From Longivirga aurantiaca (GTDB lineage Bacteria > Actinomycetota > Actinomycetes > S36-B12 > CAIYMF01), in contig NZ_JBHSTI010000051.1 in the NCBI RefSeq assembly GCF_042660085.1, positions 1 through 32,000 of the forward strand: a stretch of DNA of 32,000 nucleotides, in the 5' to 3' direction. The translations under genes were made by a program, and so were the position numbers. Each line of letters begins with the position of its first letter. Position 1 is the stretch's first letter. A model generated the notes under the pieces. It saw nothing but the letters and a program-made list of their open reading frames with translations. It was not told the DNA's origin and made no database searches. Shown one piece after another: positions 1-7,695 of this stretch.

Positions 1-104
1 CGTATCCGTCGTGGAGCGCGCGCTGGTTACCCGGGTAAGGCGGCGTCCTGCTGGGTGAGTCGCGTATGCGTCGTGGAGCGGACGCCGGTTACCCAGATAC
101 GCCG
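1..104 (+). repeat. Two imperfect direct copies of a ~42 bp sequence (1-42 and 63-104)
   Basis: CGTATCCGTCGTGGAGCGCGCGCTGGTTACCCGGGTAAGGCG versus CGTATGCGTCGTGGAGCGGACGCCGGTTACCCAGATACGCCG, 34/42 identical by hand alignment; the first copy contains the perfect palindrome TTACCCGGGTAA (27-38). Confidence 0.6.
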
Positions 105-354
105 ATGAGCCGCCGGACGTCGGCGCGGGCGGGCGGCCCACGTCTCGTCGGTCACACAGCGTCCGCTGCGCGCGGCTGGCGCGATCCGGGCGCGAACGAT
201 GAGTGCGAGCGGACGGCGGCTGACCCGGCTCGACCGGTCTGGCCCGCGCGGCCGTCGTCGCCATCAGGTACGTCGTCCCGGCTGCCTGAGCACTGAGCAC
301 GAGGTTGGCCCGGCCACGGGGCGGGCCCTCCGCGCACGTCACCCCCGCGTCGCA

Positions 355-401
355 CTGATCGAACCGTCGCTTCCCAGGGCCGGAAGCAACGGATTGGCCA
401 G
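355..401. repeat. Degenerate inverted repeat, same family as 9555-9611
   Basis: CTGATCGAACCGTCGCTTCCCAGGGCCGGAAGCAACGGATTGGCCAG; shares CTTCCC...GAAGCAACGGATTG with the near-perfect copy at 9555-9611. Confidence 0.6.
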
Positions 402-522
402 TCTCACGGGGGTGGGCCCGGGCTGTGCGGCTGGTCACGAGTGCGTCGCGGTCGGCGCGCAGCGCGCGCATACGGCGTACCCCGCGCGCGAGGATGGCGG
501 TACAACCTGGAGGGGGATCCCC

Positions 523-1125
523 ATGCGCATCCGCACGTACGCCGCCGTCGGCGTCACCCTGCTCGCCCTGACAGCCTGCGGCTCGTCCGGAGGTGCCAGC
601 GACACATCGTCTGCGGCTGTGCCGTCCGAGACCGCGGCCGACGTCGCCTGGGCCGAGTCGGTGTGCCAGCGCGCCGACGAGCTCGACGCCTCCGTGGCCG
701 CGATCGCGTCCAGCGTCTCGATCGACCCGCAGGCCGGCGACGTGCTCGACCAACTGCAGCAGCAGATCGTCGCGGCCGTCGACACCGTGAAGGGCGACGT
801 CGTCGACCTCGCCGGGGCGGTCGCCGACGTGCCGAAGGGCTCCGACCCGGCCCTCACCGCGGCGTCCGAGCAGCTGACCGCCGACAAGGCCGCGCTCGAG
901 GCGTCGATCGATGCGCTGAAGACCGCGGCCACGGCCTTCAGCGAGGCCGAGGGCGTGCTCGGCAAGGTGACGGCGTTCGGTGCGGTGTCGACCGCGGCCG
1001 GCCAGGTCGGCGACTCTGCCAAGGCGTTCGGCACGAGCCTGTCGAACGTGTCCGAGACCGGCGGCGCTGCGGCCGAGGCCGCGTTCGCTGCTGCCCCCAC
1101 CTGCCAGGCCCGCAAGGCCAGCTGA
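523..1125 (+). CDS. Putative secreted lipoprotein of unknown function
   Basis: ATG preceded by GGAGGGGG; N-terminus MRIRTYAAVGVTLLALTACGSS is a lipoprotein signal peptide with lipobox LTAC; helical Ala-rich body. Confidence 0.8.
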   Translation: MRIRTYAAVGVTLLALTACGSSGGASDTSSAAVPSETAADVAWAESVCQRADELDASVAAIASSVSIDPQAGDVLDQLQQQIVAAVDTVKGDVVDLAGAVADVPKGSDPALTAASEQLTADKAALEASIDALKTAATAFSEAEGVLGKVTAFGAVSTAAGQVGDSAKAFGTSLSNVSETGGAAAEAAFAAAPTCQARKAS

Positions 1126-1186
1126 CCCCTGCCGATCTGGATGGCGAGGCGCTCGCCCGAGTGCGCGCATCGCCAGCCAGTTCGGG

Positions 1187-2368
1187 TCACCAGGTGGCGT
1201 GCAGGGCGGTCGGCGCACGGAACTCCCAGCCGCGGAAGGTCACGTCGTACGCCGGGTCCAGGCGCAGATCGGGCAGCGCGTCGACGAGCAGCTGCAGGGC
1301 GATCCGCTCCTGGCCGCGCGCGAACGCGTGCCCCGCGCAGAAGTGCGGCCCGTACCCGAACGCGGCGTTGGGCACGCGCGGTCGGCGTACGTCGAAGGCG
1401 TCGGGATCGGTGAACACGCGCTCGTCGCGGCAGGCGCTCGCCACCACGCCCGCGACCGCTGACCCCGCGGGGATCACCGTGCCCGCGAGCTCGACGTCGC
1501 GCGTGGTCTGGCGGGTCTGCGTGCCGATCGGTGCGACCCAGCGCAGGCCCTCGTGCACGGCGTCGTCCCACCGCGCGGGATCGGCGCGCACCCATGCGAG
1601 CTGGTCGTCGTCCGCCAGCAGCGCGGCGAGGGTCGAGGCGGCGCCGTGCCCCGGCTCCTGCATGCCGCCGAGGATGATCACCTTGAGCGAGGGCAGCACG
1701 GCCTCGATCGAGCGCGGCTGGCCGACGGGGCAGCCGCTGGTGAGCATCGAGGCGATGGTCGAGTCGTCGGGCTCGGCCTGCAGCCGCTCCATCAACGGCC
1801 TGAGCTCGTGGTCGATCACCGCCGCGGTCTCGTCGTTGATGCGCTGCTTCTCGGGATCGTTCTCGAAGTTGATCGCGCCCATCGCGAGGCCGTGGAACCA
1901 CTCCTGCAGCGTCGACTCGCTGAGGTGCCCGAGCCCGAGGACGGCGCCGAGGCTGAGCACCGAGATCGGTTCGAAGTACTCCGACACCAGCTCGGCCCGG
2001 CGCTCGGGCTGCGCGAGCAGCCGGTCGAGGAAGCGCTCGGCGATCGGAGTCACGAGCTCGTCGATGTAGGTCGCCACCGTGCGCGGGCGGTACTTCGTGT
2101 CGAGGCTGCGGCGCAGGTCGAGGTGCTCGGCGCCGTCCACGGTGAGGATGGTCGGCCCGCCGAAGGATCGGTCGAGCGGCGAGCCGTCGACCTTCGCGCT
2201 GAAGAGCTCGGGCTTGGTCGTGACCGTCTCGACGTCGGCCGCGCGCGTGACGAGCCAGAGGTTGACCGCCGGCACCCACGCCACCGGCTCCTCGGCGCGC
2301 AGCCGCGCGTAGACGGGGTAGGGGTCGGTCTCGAGGTCGTCGACCGTGATCGTCTCGGCGTACGTCAT
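1187..2368 (-). CDS. Cytochrome P450
   Basis: Heme-ligand motif FGYGPHFCAGHAFARGQ; I-helix-like region LGGMQEPGHGAAS; ATG at 2368 with a GGAGGG element upstream. Confidence 0.93.
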   Translation of the reverse strand: MTYAETITVDDLETDPYPVYARLRAEEPVAWVPAVNLWLVTRAADVETVTTKPELFSAKVDGSPLDRSFGGPTILTVDGAEHLDLRRSLDTKYRPRTVATYIDELVTPIAERFLDRLLAQPERRAELVSEYFEPISVLSLGAVLGLGHLSESTLQEWFHGLAMGAINFENDPEKQRINDETAAVIDHELRPLMERLQAEPDDSTIASMLTSGCPVGQPRSIEAVLPSLKVIILGGMQEPGHGAASTLAALLADDDQLAWVRADPARWDDAVHEGLRWVAPIGTQTRQTTRDVELAGTVIPAGSAVAGVVASACRDERVFTDPDAFDVRRPRVPNAAFGYGPHFCAGHAFARGQERIALQLLVDALPDLRLDPAYDVTFRGWEFRAPTALHATW

Positions 2369-2547
2369 GGGCACACCCTCCAGTCGTTCGACCCCGAACG
2401 GCAAGAGTCCGCACCTGCCCGGCCGATCCGGTCAGCCTCGCGTCGTCCTGTCGTCCAGCCACGATCGGAGGGGTTCCGGCGCCGCACACGCGCCGCACAG
2501 ATCCTGCTTTCCCCGTCGCACATCACCGGATACACCTCCCGCACAGT

Positions 2548-2561
2548 TGAACACTTGTTCA
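2548..2561. promoter_or_regulatory. Candidate ArsR-family operator
   Basis: Perfect palindrome TGAACA-CT-TGTTCA, 17 bp upstream of the arsR-type start codon. Confidence 0.55.
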
Positions 2562-2578
2562 TGTAGTAATGTGCGCTC

Positions 2579-2920
2579 ATGACGCGCCCGCTGTACGAGG
2601 CCAAGGCCGAGTTCTTCCGCACCCTCGGCCACCCCGCGCGGATCCGCGTGCTCGAGCTGCTCTGCGAGCGCGAGCTCGCCGTGCACGAGCTGCTCGCCGA
2701 GATCGAGATCGAGCCGAGCAACCTCTCGCACCAGCTCGCCGCCCTGCGGCGCACGGGGCTCGTGTCGCAGAGCCGCCGCGACGGCCAGGTCTTCTATGCC
2801 ATCACCGCGCCGGAGATCCGCGACCTCCTGCTCGCGGCCCGTACGATCCTGCTCGACGTGATCGACGACCAGGCGGGTCTGCGCAAGGAGCTCCGGGCGT
2901 CACGGAAAGCCGCGTCGTGA
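2579..2920 (+). CDS. ArsR/SmtB-family transcriptional regulator
   Basis: FFRTLGHPARIRVLELLCERELAVHELLAEIEIEPSNLSHQLAALRRTGLVSQSRRDGQVFYAI is a typical ArsR winged helix. Confidence 0.92.
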   Translation: MTRPLYEAKAEFFRTLGHPARIRVLELLCERELAVHELLAEIEIEPSNLSHQLAALRRTGLVSQSRRDGQVFYAITAPEIRDLLLAARTILLDVIDDQAGLRKELRASRKAAS

Positions 2921-4593
2921 TCGACCGGGCCGGTACGGCGCTCGGCCAGGCTGCGGCCCGCGCCCGGGCCCTGCTGCCGCAGGCGGCGGACTTCCGCGCG
3001 ATGAAGCGCGACCCCAAGCGCGACGTGATCGCCGGTCTCACCGTGGCCGTCGTCGCCCTTCCGCTCGCCCTCGCCTTCGGCGTCGCCTCGGGGCTCGGCG
3101 CAGGGGCGGGCCTGGTGACCGCCGTCGTGGCCGGACTGCTCGCGGCGCTCTTCGGCGGTAGCAACCTGCAGGTGAGCGGGCCGACCGGCGCGATGACGGT
3201 GGTGCTGCTGCCGATCGTGGCGCAGTTCGGCACCGGCGCGGTGCTCGTGGTCGGCCTGATCGCCGGCGTCTTCCTCATCGCGCTGGCCGCGATCGGCGTG
3301 GGGCGCTGGATGCAGTACGTGCCGCTGCCGGTGGTCGAGGGGTTCACCCTCGGCATCGCGGTGATCATCGGCCTGCAGCAGGTGCCGGCCGCTCTCGGCG
3401 TGACGGTCGAGGGCGAGAAGGTGCTCGGCCGCGCGGTCGAAGCCATCAGGCTGTGGTTCGCCGACCCGCAGTGGGCGCCGGTGCTCGTGGCCGGGTTCGT
3501 CGCGGCGTCGATGCTCCTCGCGATCCGGTTCCGCCCGGGCCTGCCGGTGTCGCTGCCGGCGGTCGTCGTGGCGACGCTGGCCGTGTCGTACTTCGCGCTC
3601 AACGCGGAGACGATCGGCACCATCCCCACCGGCTTCCCGGCTCCCGCCCTACCCGACTTCGAGTGGTCGCAGGTGAGCGCGCTCATCGTGCCGGCCCTCG
3701 CGGTCGCGGCACTGGCCGCGCTCGAGAGCCTGCTCTCGGCCACGGTCGCCGACGGCATGTCGGTGGGCGAGCGGCACGACTCCGACCGCGAGCTGTTCGG
3801 CCAGGGCGTGGCCAACCTCGTCGGGCCGATCTTCGGCGGGGTGCCGGCCACCGCGGCCATCGCGCGGACGGCGGTCAACGTGCGCAGCGGCGCGCGGTCG
3901 CGGCTCGCGTCGTCCACCCACGCCGTCGCCCTGCTGGTCGTGATGCTCGTCGCCGCCCCCTGGGTGGGTCACATCCCGCTCGCGGCGCTGGCCGGCGTGC
4001 TGATCGCGACCGTCGTCCAGATGGTCGAGGTGTCGAACCTCCGCGCCCTCATGCGCGCCACCCGCGGCGACGCGCTCGTGCTCGTGGCCACGGCGGTCGC
4101 GACGGTCGTGTTCGACCTCGTGACGGCCGTGATCGTGGGGCTCGTGGTCGCCGGTCTCTATGCGCTGCAGCAGGTCTCGCGGTCGGCGCACATGGACGCT
4201 GTTCCCCTCGACACGAGCGACCACAGCGACGCCGAGCGCGCGCTGCTCGACGAGCACGTGGTGGCGTACCGCCTCGACGGCCCGCTCTTCTTCGGTGCGG
4301 CGCACCGGTTCCTGCTCGAGCTGTCGGAGGTGGGCGACGTACGCGTGGTCATCCTGCGCCTCGGCCGCGTGCAGACCCTCGACGCCACCGGTGCCACCGT
4401 GCTCGGCCAGACCATCCGCGACCTCGAGGGCCGCGGGATCACGGTGCTGCTCTCGGGCATCCGCGACGACCACGACACGGTCTTCTCGACCCTCGGGGTG
4501 TACGAGCACCTCGCGCACGCGGCGCACGTGTTCCCGACGACGCCCGAGGCCATCGAGCACGCCCGCCGCCACCTGGCCCGCACCCCCCACTGA
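2917..4593 (+). CDS. SulP-family anion permease with C-terminal STAS domain
   Basis: FRAMKRDPKRDVIAGLTVAVVALPLALAFG, many transmembrane segments, NLQVSGPTGAM, STAS-like C-terminus (VQTLDATGATVLGQTIRDLEGRGITVLLSG); GTGA overlap with the arsR-type stop. Confidence 0.93.
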   Translation: MIDRAGTALGQAAARARALLPQAADFRAMKRDPKRDVIAGLTVAVVALPLALAFGVASGLGAGAGLVTAVVAGLLAALFGGSNLQVSGPTGAMTVVLLPIVAQFGTGAVLVVGLIAGVFLIALAAIGVGRWMQYVPLPVVEGFTLGIAVIIGLQQVPAALGVTVEGEKVLGRAVEAIRLWFADPQWAPVLVAGFVAASMLLAIRFRPGLPVSLPAVVVATLAVSYFALNAETIGTIPTGFPAPALPDFEWSQVSALIVPALAVAALAALESLLSATVADGMSVGERHDSDRELFGQGVANLVGPIFGGVPATAAIARTAVNVRSGARSRLASSTHAVALLVVMLVAAPWVGHIPLAALAGVLIATVVQMVEVSNLRALMRATRGDALVLVATAVATVVFDLVTAVIVGLVVAGLYALQQVSRSAHMDAVPLDTSDHSDAERALLDEHVVAYRLDGPLFFGAAHRFLLELSEVGDVRVVILRLGRVQTLDATGATVLGQTIRDLEGRGITVLLSGIRDDHDTVFSTLGVYEHLAHAAHVFPTTPEAIEHARRHLARTPH

Positions 4594-4596
4594 CGC

Positions 4597-4656
4597 GAGT
4601 TACTGCCCAGAGCGGGGTGATATGGGCACGCATAACCCCACTGTGGGCAGTAGCTC
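4597..4656. repeat. Inverted repeat downstream of sulP gene
   Basis: GAGTTACTGCCCAGAGCGGGGTGATATGGGCACGCATAACCCCACTGTGGGCAGTAGCTC; arms pair with a few mismatches. Confidence 0.85.
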
Positions 4657-4666
4657 CCAGCAGGGG

Positions 4667-4716
4667 TCAGGTGCGGAGGTGGGCCATGCCGCCGTCGACG
4701 CTGAGGATCGTGCCGG
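4667..4716 (-). pseudogene. 3'-terminal fragment of an SDR dehydrogenase gene
   Basis: The reverse complement encodes GTILSVDGGMAHLRT-stop, identical in nucleotide sequence to the end of the intact SDR gene at 5922-6662. Confidence 0.85.
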
Positions 4717-4774
4717 GGGTGCGGGCGGGGGTCGCCTCTCCTGGCTGGGATCCGCGGCCCCCGCCCACGTCGGG

Positions 4775-5425
4775 TCACGCGGGGGCGGCGACACCCGTGC
4801 GTGCGGTACGGCGGCTGCGCACGGCGTACGCCGCGAAGAAGGCCATGGCCGCGATGCCCACGGCTACGACGAGGCCTGCCCACATCATCCAGATGGTCAT
4901 GACAACAGCTGTCGCACCCAGCTCGACCGCTGCCCGCACGGGGTGCGAGCGCAGCCCCATGAGCGCGTGGACGCAGAGGGCGAGCATGACGACGCCCACC
5001 ACGCCGAGGCCGATGCGCCACTGGAAATCGTACGAGCCGACCGCCGCGTTGCGGGAGTCGATCAGCATGCCGATGCCGATCAGCGCGGTCCAGGCGGTGA
5101 CGATCGCTGCAACGCCGTACGCGGTGCGGGTCCAGCCGTCGAGCGGTGCGCGTGCGGTCATGACGACCTCCGGTTCCCGTGCGGATCGGGCGATCCGCCG
5201 TTGGTGGGTGCGCCAGGAGAGGTCGGCGGGGACGCCGAGGAGCGCGCGGCGCAGGACGTCGCGCGGGAAGGTGGACCGGGCCTGGCCGAGCGCGGCCAGC
5301 CGGTGGTCGTGCAGGTCGGACGCGAGCTCGTCCCGTCGATCGGCGGCGACGTCGGCGGGCAGGCCCCGGGTGTACAGGGCGCACCACCGCAGGACGAGGG
5401 CCGTGACTCGCCCGCCGGAGGTCAT
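4775..5425 (-). CDS. Integral membrane protein paired with a PadR regulator
   Basis: Coherent 216 aa ORF; N-terminal helical segment (RRDELASDLHDH...) and about 3-4 hydrophobic segments in the C-terminal part; ATGA overlap with the padR-type gene. Confidence 0.75.
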   Translation of the reverse strand: MTSGGRVTALVLRWCALYTRGLPADVAADRRDELASDLHDHRLAALGQARSTFPRDVLRRALLGVPADLSWRTHQRRIARSAREPEVVMTARAPLDGWTRTAYGVAAIVTAWTALIGIGMLIDSRNAAVGSYDFQWRIGLGVVGVVMLALCVHALMGLRSHPVRAAVELGATAVVMTIWMMWAGLVVAVGIAAMAFFAAYAVRSRRTARTGVAAPA

Positions 5426-5772
5426 GTCGTCGCCACCCTCGCTGCGGCGACGGTCGCGACCGGCTGCCGGCTTCGGGCCAGGGCCGTCTCGCCGGCCCCG
5501 GTGACGCGGTACAGCCGGCGTCGCGGCCGGCCCTCACGCTCGGCGATCGACGACTCCTCCCAGCGGGCGGTGAGCAGCCCGCGCTCGGTCATGCGACCGA
5601 GCGCCTTGTAGAGGGTGCCGTGGGCCGTGAGCCGGCGCGACCCATCGGAGTCCGCCAGCGCAGAGGCCAGCACGAACCCGTGGAACTCGCTGCCGTCACG
5701 GGTCAGCGCGAGGCCGGACTCGAGGATCGCCTGCTCGAGCGGCAGCAGCTGGTCGGGGCGTCGTCGGGCCAT
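5422..5772 (-). CDS. PadR-family transcriptional regulator
   Basis: EQAILESGLALTRDGSEFHGFVLASAL...GTLYKALGRMTERGLLTARWEES...GRPRRRLYRVTGAGE is characteristic of PadR wHTH. Confidence 0.9.
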   Translation of the reverse strand: MARRRPDQLLPLEQAILESGLALTRDGSEFHGFVLASALADSDGSRRLTAHGTLYKALGRMTERGLLTARWEESSIAEREGRPRRRLYRVTGAGETALARSRQPVATVAAARVATT

Positions 5773-5780
5773 GGACACAG

Positions 5781-5802
5781 AATGAGAAGATATCTTCCCA
5801 TT
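5781..5802. promoter_or_regulatory. Candidate PadR autoregulatory operator
   Basis: AATGAGAAGATATCTTCCCATT: palindrome with one mismatched pair, core GAAGATATCTTC perfect, immediately upstream of the padR-type start. Confidence 0.6.
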
Positions 5803-5837
5803 GTCAAGAGGCCATCGCCTGACCCATCGCCCCGGGA

Positions 5838-5971
5838 CCCCCACTGACGCGAGTTACTGCCCGAAGTGGGGGGGATGCGGGCCGGCATCACCCCACTTCG
5901 GGCAGTAACTCGAAGAAGGGGTCAGGTGCGGAGGTGGGCCATGCCGCCGTCGACGCTGAGGATCGTGCCGG
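5838..5971. repeat. Direct-repeat block copy 2
   Basis: Same organisation and orientation as 4584-4716; its right part is the 3' end of the intact SDR gene. Confidence 0.9.
5851..5911. repeat. Long inverted repeat, possible SDR-operon terminator or REP-like element
   Basis: GAGTTACTGCCCGAAGTGGGGGGATG-CGGGCCGG-CATCACCCCACTTCGGGCAGTAACTC; 26 bp arms with one mismatch. Confidence 0.9.
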
Positions 5972-6662
5972 TGGTGCTGCCCGACAGCGGCGAGGCGAGG
6001 TAGGCGATCGCGTGCGCGACCTCGTCGGCCGTGACCAGGCGGCCCATCGGCTGACGCTGCCGCAGCGCCTCGCCCATCGCGGCGGGGTCGTCGGCCTGGT
6101 CGAGCAGCCGCGCGACCCAGGGGGTGTCGGCCGTGCCGGGAGCGACGGCGTTGACGCGGATGCCCTCTCCCACATGGTCCGCGGCCATCGCGAGCGTGAG
6201 CCCCGACACCGCGCCCTTGCTCGCGCTGTAGAGCGCGCGGTTCTTCACACCGACCACCGCGACCACCGAGCTCGTGTTGACGATCGCGGCGCGCTTCGAC
6301 TCGCGGAGGTACGGCAGCGCCGCGCGGGCCACGCGCGCCATCCCGACGACGTTGACGTCGAGCACGCGGTGCCACTCGTCGTCGTCGTTCGCGGCGACGT
6401 CGCCGCCCGCCCCGATGCCGGCGTTGTTGATCACGACGTCGATGCCGCCGAGCTCGAACGCCGCGGCGTGCACCGCCGCCTCGACCGACGCCGGGTCGCT
6501 GACGTCGCACGGGATCCGCGAGGCGCGCTCCGGGCCGGCGTCGATCGTGAGGTCGAGCACCGCCACCTTCGCCCCGCGCTCGAGGAGGAGGGCTGCCGTG
6601 GCCGCGCCGATGCCGCTCGCGCCACCGGTGACGATCGCCGCGATGCCGTCGAAGTCGCCCAT
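5922..6662 (-). CDS. Short-chain dehydrogenase/reductase
   Basis: TGGASGIG nucleotide motif, NNAG, YSASK catalytic motif, C-terminal SVDGGMAHLRT. Confidence 0.93.
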   Translation of the reverse strand: MGDFDGIAAIVTGGASGIGAATAALLLERGAKVAVLDLTIDAGPERASRIPCDVSDPASVEAAVHAAAFELGGIDVVINNAGIGAGGDVAANDDDEWHRVLDVNVVGMARVARAALPYLRESKRAAIVNTSSVVAVVGVKNRALYSASKGAVSGLTLAMAADHVGEGIRVNAVAPGTADTPWVARLLDQADDPAAMGEALRQRQPMGRLVTADEVAHAIAYLASPLSGSTTGTILSVDGGMAHLRT

Positions 6663-6663
6663 G

Positions 6664-7695
6664 TCAGTCTCTCTTCCTCGGGTCCACGTGGATCTTCGGT
6701 CCGGCGCCCGCGCCGTCGGGCCGGTGCCCGGCGAGCACGTCCGCGACGCCGTCGAGCCCCACGGTCGTGGCCACGATCGGCCGGGGGTCGACCGCTCCCG
6801 CGGCGTACGCCTCGATCGTGCCCGCGAGGCCCGGCGACGCCGACAGCACGCCGACGGCGGTCACGTCCTTCAGCGCGATCGTGCGGGTGTCGACCAGGCT
6901 GGGGCTGCCCGCGAGGCCGATGTAGACCACGCGCCGACCGGGCTCGACGAGGTCGAGAGCCTTCGCCGGGAGGTACGCCGCATTGCTCGCGTCGACCACC
7001 GCATCCCAGGGGAGAGAGGGCAGCTCGGCCTCGGTCCACGCGTTGTCGAAGCCGACCGAGCGCGCGAAGTCGAGCGTGCGCGCCGAGTGCCCCAGCAGGT
7101 GCACCTCGGCGCCGGCGGCGCGCGCGAACATCGCCACGAGCAGGCCGATCGTGCCGGGGCCGAGCACGAGGACGCGGTCGCCCGGTGCCAGGCCGGCGCC
7201 CTGCGCGGCGCGCAGCGCGTTCCCTCCCGGCTCCACGAGAGCGCCGGCGACGTCATCGACGGCGTCCGGCAGCGCGTGCAGCGACGTCACGGGGACGGCA
7301 AGCTGCTCGGCCAGCGCTCCGGCGCGGCCGCTGCGGATGCCGACCTCGCTGCGGTGCTCGCACACGTGCTGGTCGCCGTGCAGGCAGCGGTGGCACCGCC
7401 CGCACCCGAGCATGGTGTCGCCCGTGACGCGTCGTCCGACCCAGCGGTCGTCGACCCCCTCGCCGACCGACGCGACCGTGCCGCACCACTCGTGCCCGAG
7501 CCGCAGCGGGAAGTGCGCGAACCCGTCGTGGAGGTACTGCATCTCACCGGTGAAGAACTCGACGTCGGTGCCGCAGACGCCGACACGCGCGACGTCGACG
7601 ACGACCTCGCCCGGCGCAGCCACCGGTCGGTCGACCTCCTGCACGCCCGCCTCCCCCGGGGCCGTGACGACGAAGGCGCGCATCGTGCCCGTCAT
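6664..7695 (-). CDS. Zinc-dependent medium-chain (threonine/sorbitol-type) dehydrogenase
   Basis: GHEWCGTVASVGEGV, structural zinc cysteines in CGRCHRCLHGDQHVC, LGPGTIGLL Rossmann motif; ATGA overlap with the upstream gene. Confidence 0.9.
   Translation of the reverse strand: MTGTMRAFVVTAPGEAGVQEVDRPVAAPGEVVVDVARVGVCGTDVEFFTGEMQYLHDGFAHFPLRLGHEWCGTVASVGEGVDDRWVGRRVTGDTMLGCGRCHRCLHGDQHVCEHRSEVGIRSGRAGALAEQLAVPVTSLHALPDAVDDVAGALVEPGGNALRAAQGAGLAPGDRVLVLGPGTIGLLVAMFARAAGAEVHLLGHSARTLDFARSVGFDNAWTEAELPSLPWDAVVDASNAAYLPAKALDLVEPGRRVVYIGLAGSPSLVDTRTIALKDVTAVGVLSASPGLAGTIEAYAAGAVDPRPIVATTVGLDGVADVLAGHRPDGAGAGPKIHVDPRKRD

Larger units (their letters stand above)
4584..4716. repeat. Direct-repeat block copy 1 (25 bp flank, inverted repeat, 55 bp SDR 3' end)
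   Basis: 4584-4608 is identical to 5838-5862; 4662-4716 is identical to 5917-5971; a diverged 60 bp inverted repeat lies between. Confidence 0.9.

Noticed and set aside
1-104. Possible CRISPR repeats
   Set aside because: Only two imperfect 42 bp units with a 20 bp gap and no cas genes; the units are internally diverged.
355-420. Possible small SRP RNA, because of CCAGGGCCGGAAGCAAC
   Set aside because: The similarity to the SRP helix 8 consensus is only superficial and the sequence matches the inverted-repeat family at 9555-9611 better.
199-522. N-terminal extension of the 199-1125 ORF
   Set aside because: Translation is Arg/Gly-rich and contains an inverted repeat; the ATG at 523 has a strong RBS and starts a clean lipoprotein signal peptide.
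4584-5971. Possible insertion sequence or transposon around the PadR module
   Set aside because: No transposase and no terminal inverted repeats plus short target-site duplication; what is present is a 133 bp direct repeat containing host SDR sequence.
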